A stretch of DNA of 64,000 nucleotides. Origin: Octopus bimaculoides. Lineage: Eukaryota. This document shows, piece after piece, positions 63,713-64,000 of this stretch; positions within the stretch are counted from its first letter, which is position 1, and each line of letters begins with the position of its first letter. The notes beneath the pieces are model-generated. The model saw only the letters and a program-made list of their open reading frames with translations, had not been told where the DNA came from and did no database searches. The stretch covers positions 168,558,520-168,622,519 of the forward strand of contig NC_068982.1 of the NCBI RefSeq assembly GCF_001194135.2. The letters are read 5' to 3'. The translations under genes were made by a program, and so were the position numbers.

Positions 63713-64000
63713 AAACTTTAGCAAAATACCTTGTATTTAATGAGTAGGTGGAAATGTTAAATATGGAACAGTCATGATTTTCTCTTGAACAATAGCAGCG
63801 TATGTAATGTGAAATAAATTCAACAGAGAATCAAAACTGTGTTACATTGAACAATTGCTAAGTACGTGTGATATCTATGGGACGTCGCCAACAATCTTAT
63901 ATCTAAAATATCTTTAGACAAGGTGATCGGTAGAAACGGTAAAGGGGATAACTAAGAGAGCACTTGTTGTTTTCTAACTGTGTTTAGTTTTGATGTAGTG

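Overview
AT-rich eukaryotic genomic window from a gappy draft assembly; most N-gaps sit beside (TA)n/(CA)n/(CT)n microsatellites. The repeat families and microsatellite load look like an octopus/coleoid cephalopod genome (inference from recalled repeat families, not checked). There is one convincing host gene: an intronless class A aminergic GPCR, most similar to the serotonin 5-HT4 receptor (CDS 5235-6431, +). It lacks both conserved activation tyrosines (Y5.58->N, Y7.53->F). The rest is repeat-dominated: three tRNA-derived SINE families (more than 25 copies or fragments), mariner/Tc1 relics and MITEs, R4/Dong-like and CR1-like LINE fragments, fold-back elements, minisatellites, and a Penelope-like element (PLE) with inverted pseudo-LTRs. 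The most striking non-coding signal is a set of type I hammerhead ribozyme (HHR) motifs read directly from the sequence: five well-formed ones (18989-19075, 19608-19663, 23116-23190, 24506-24580, 42716-42756) and several degenerate ones, mostly close to (TA)n tracts. Two same-strand HHRs bracket a near-perfect 82-bp-arm palindrome. The PLE GIY-YIG endonuclease is split by an in-frame Thr/Ala/Pro-rich insert of about 180 codons. Almost all other ORFs in the supplied track are microsatellite or N-gap artefacts. All alignments and folds were done by eye.
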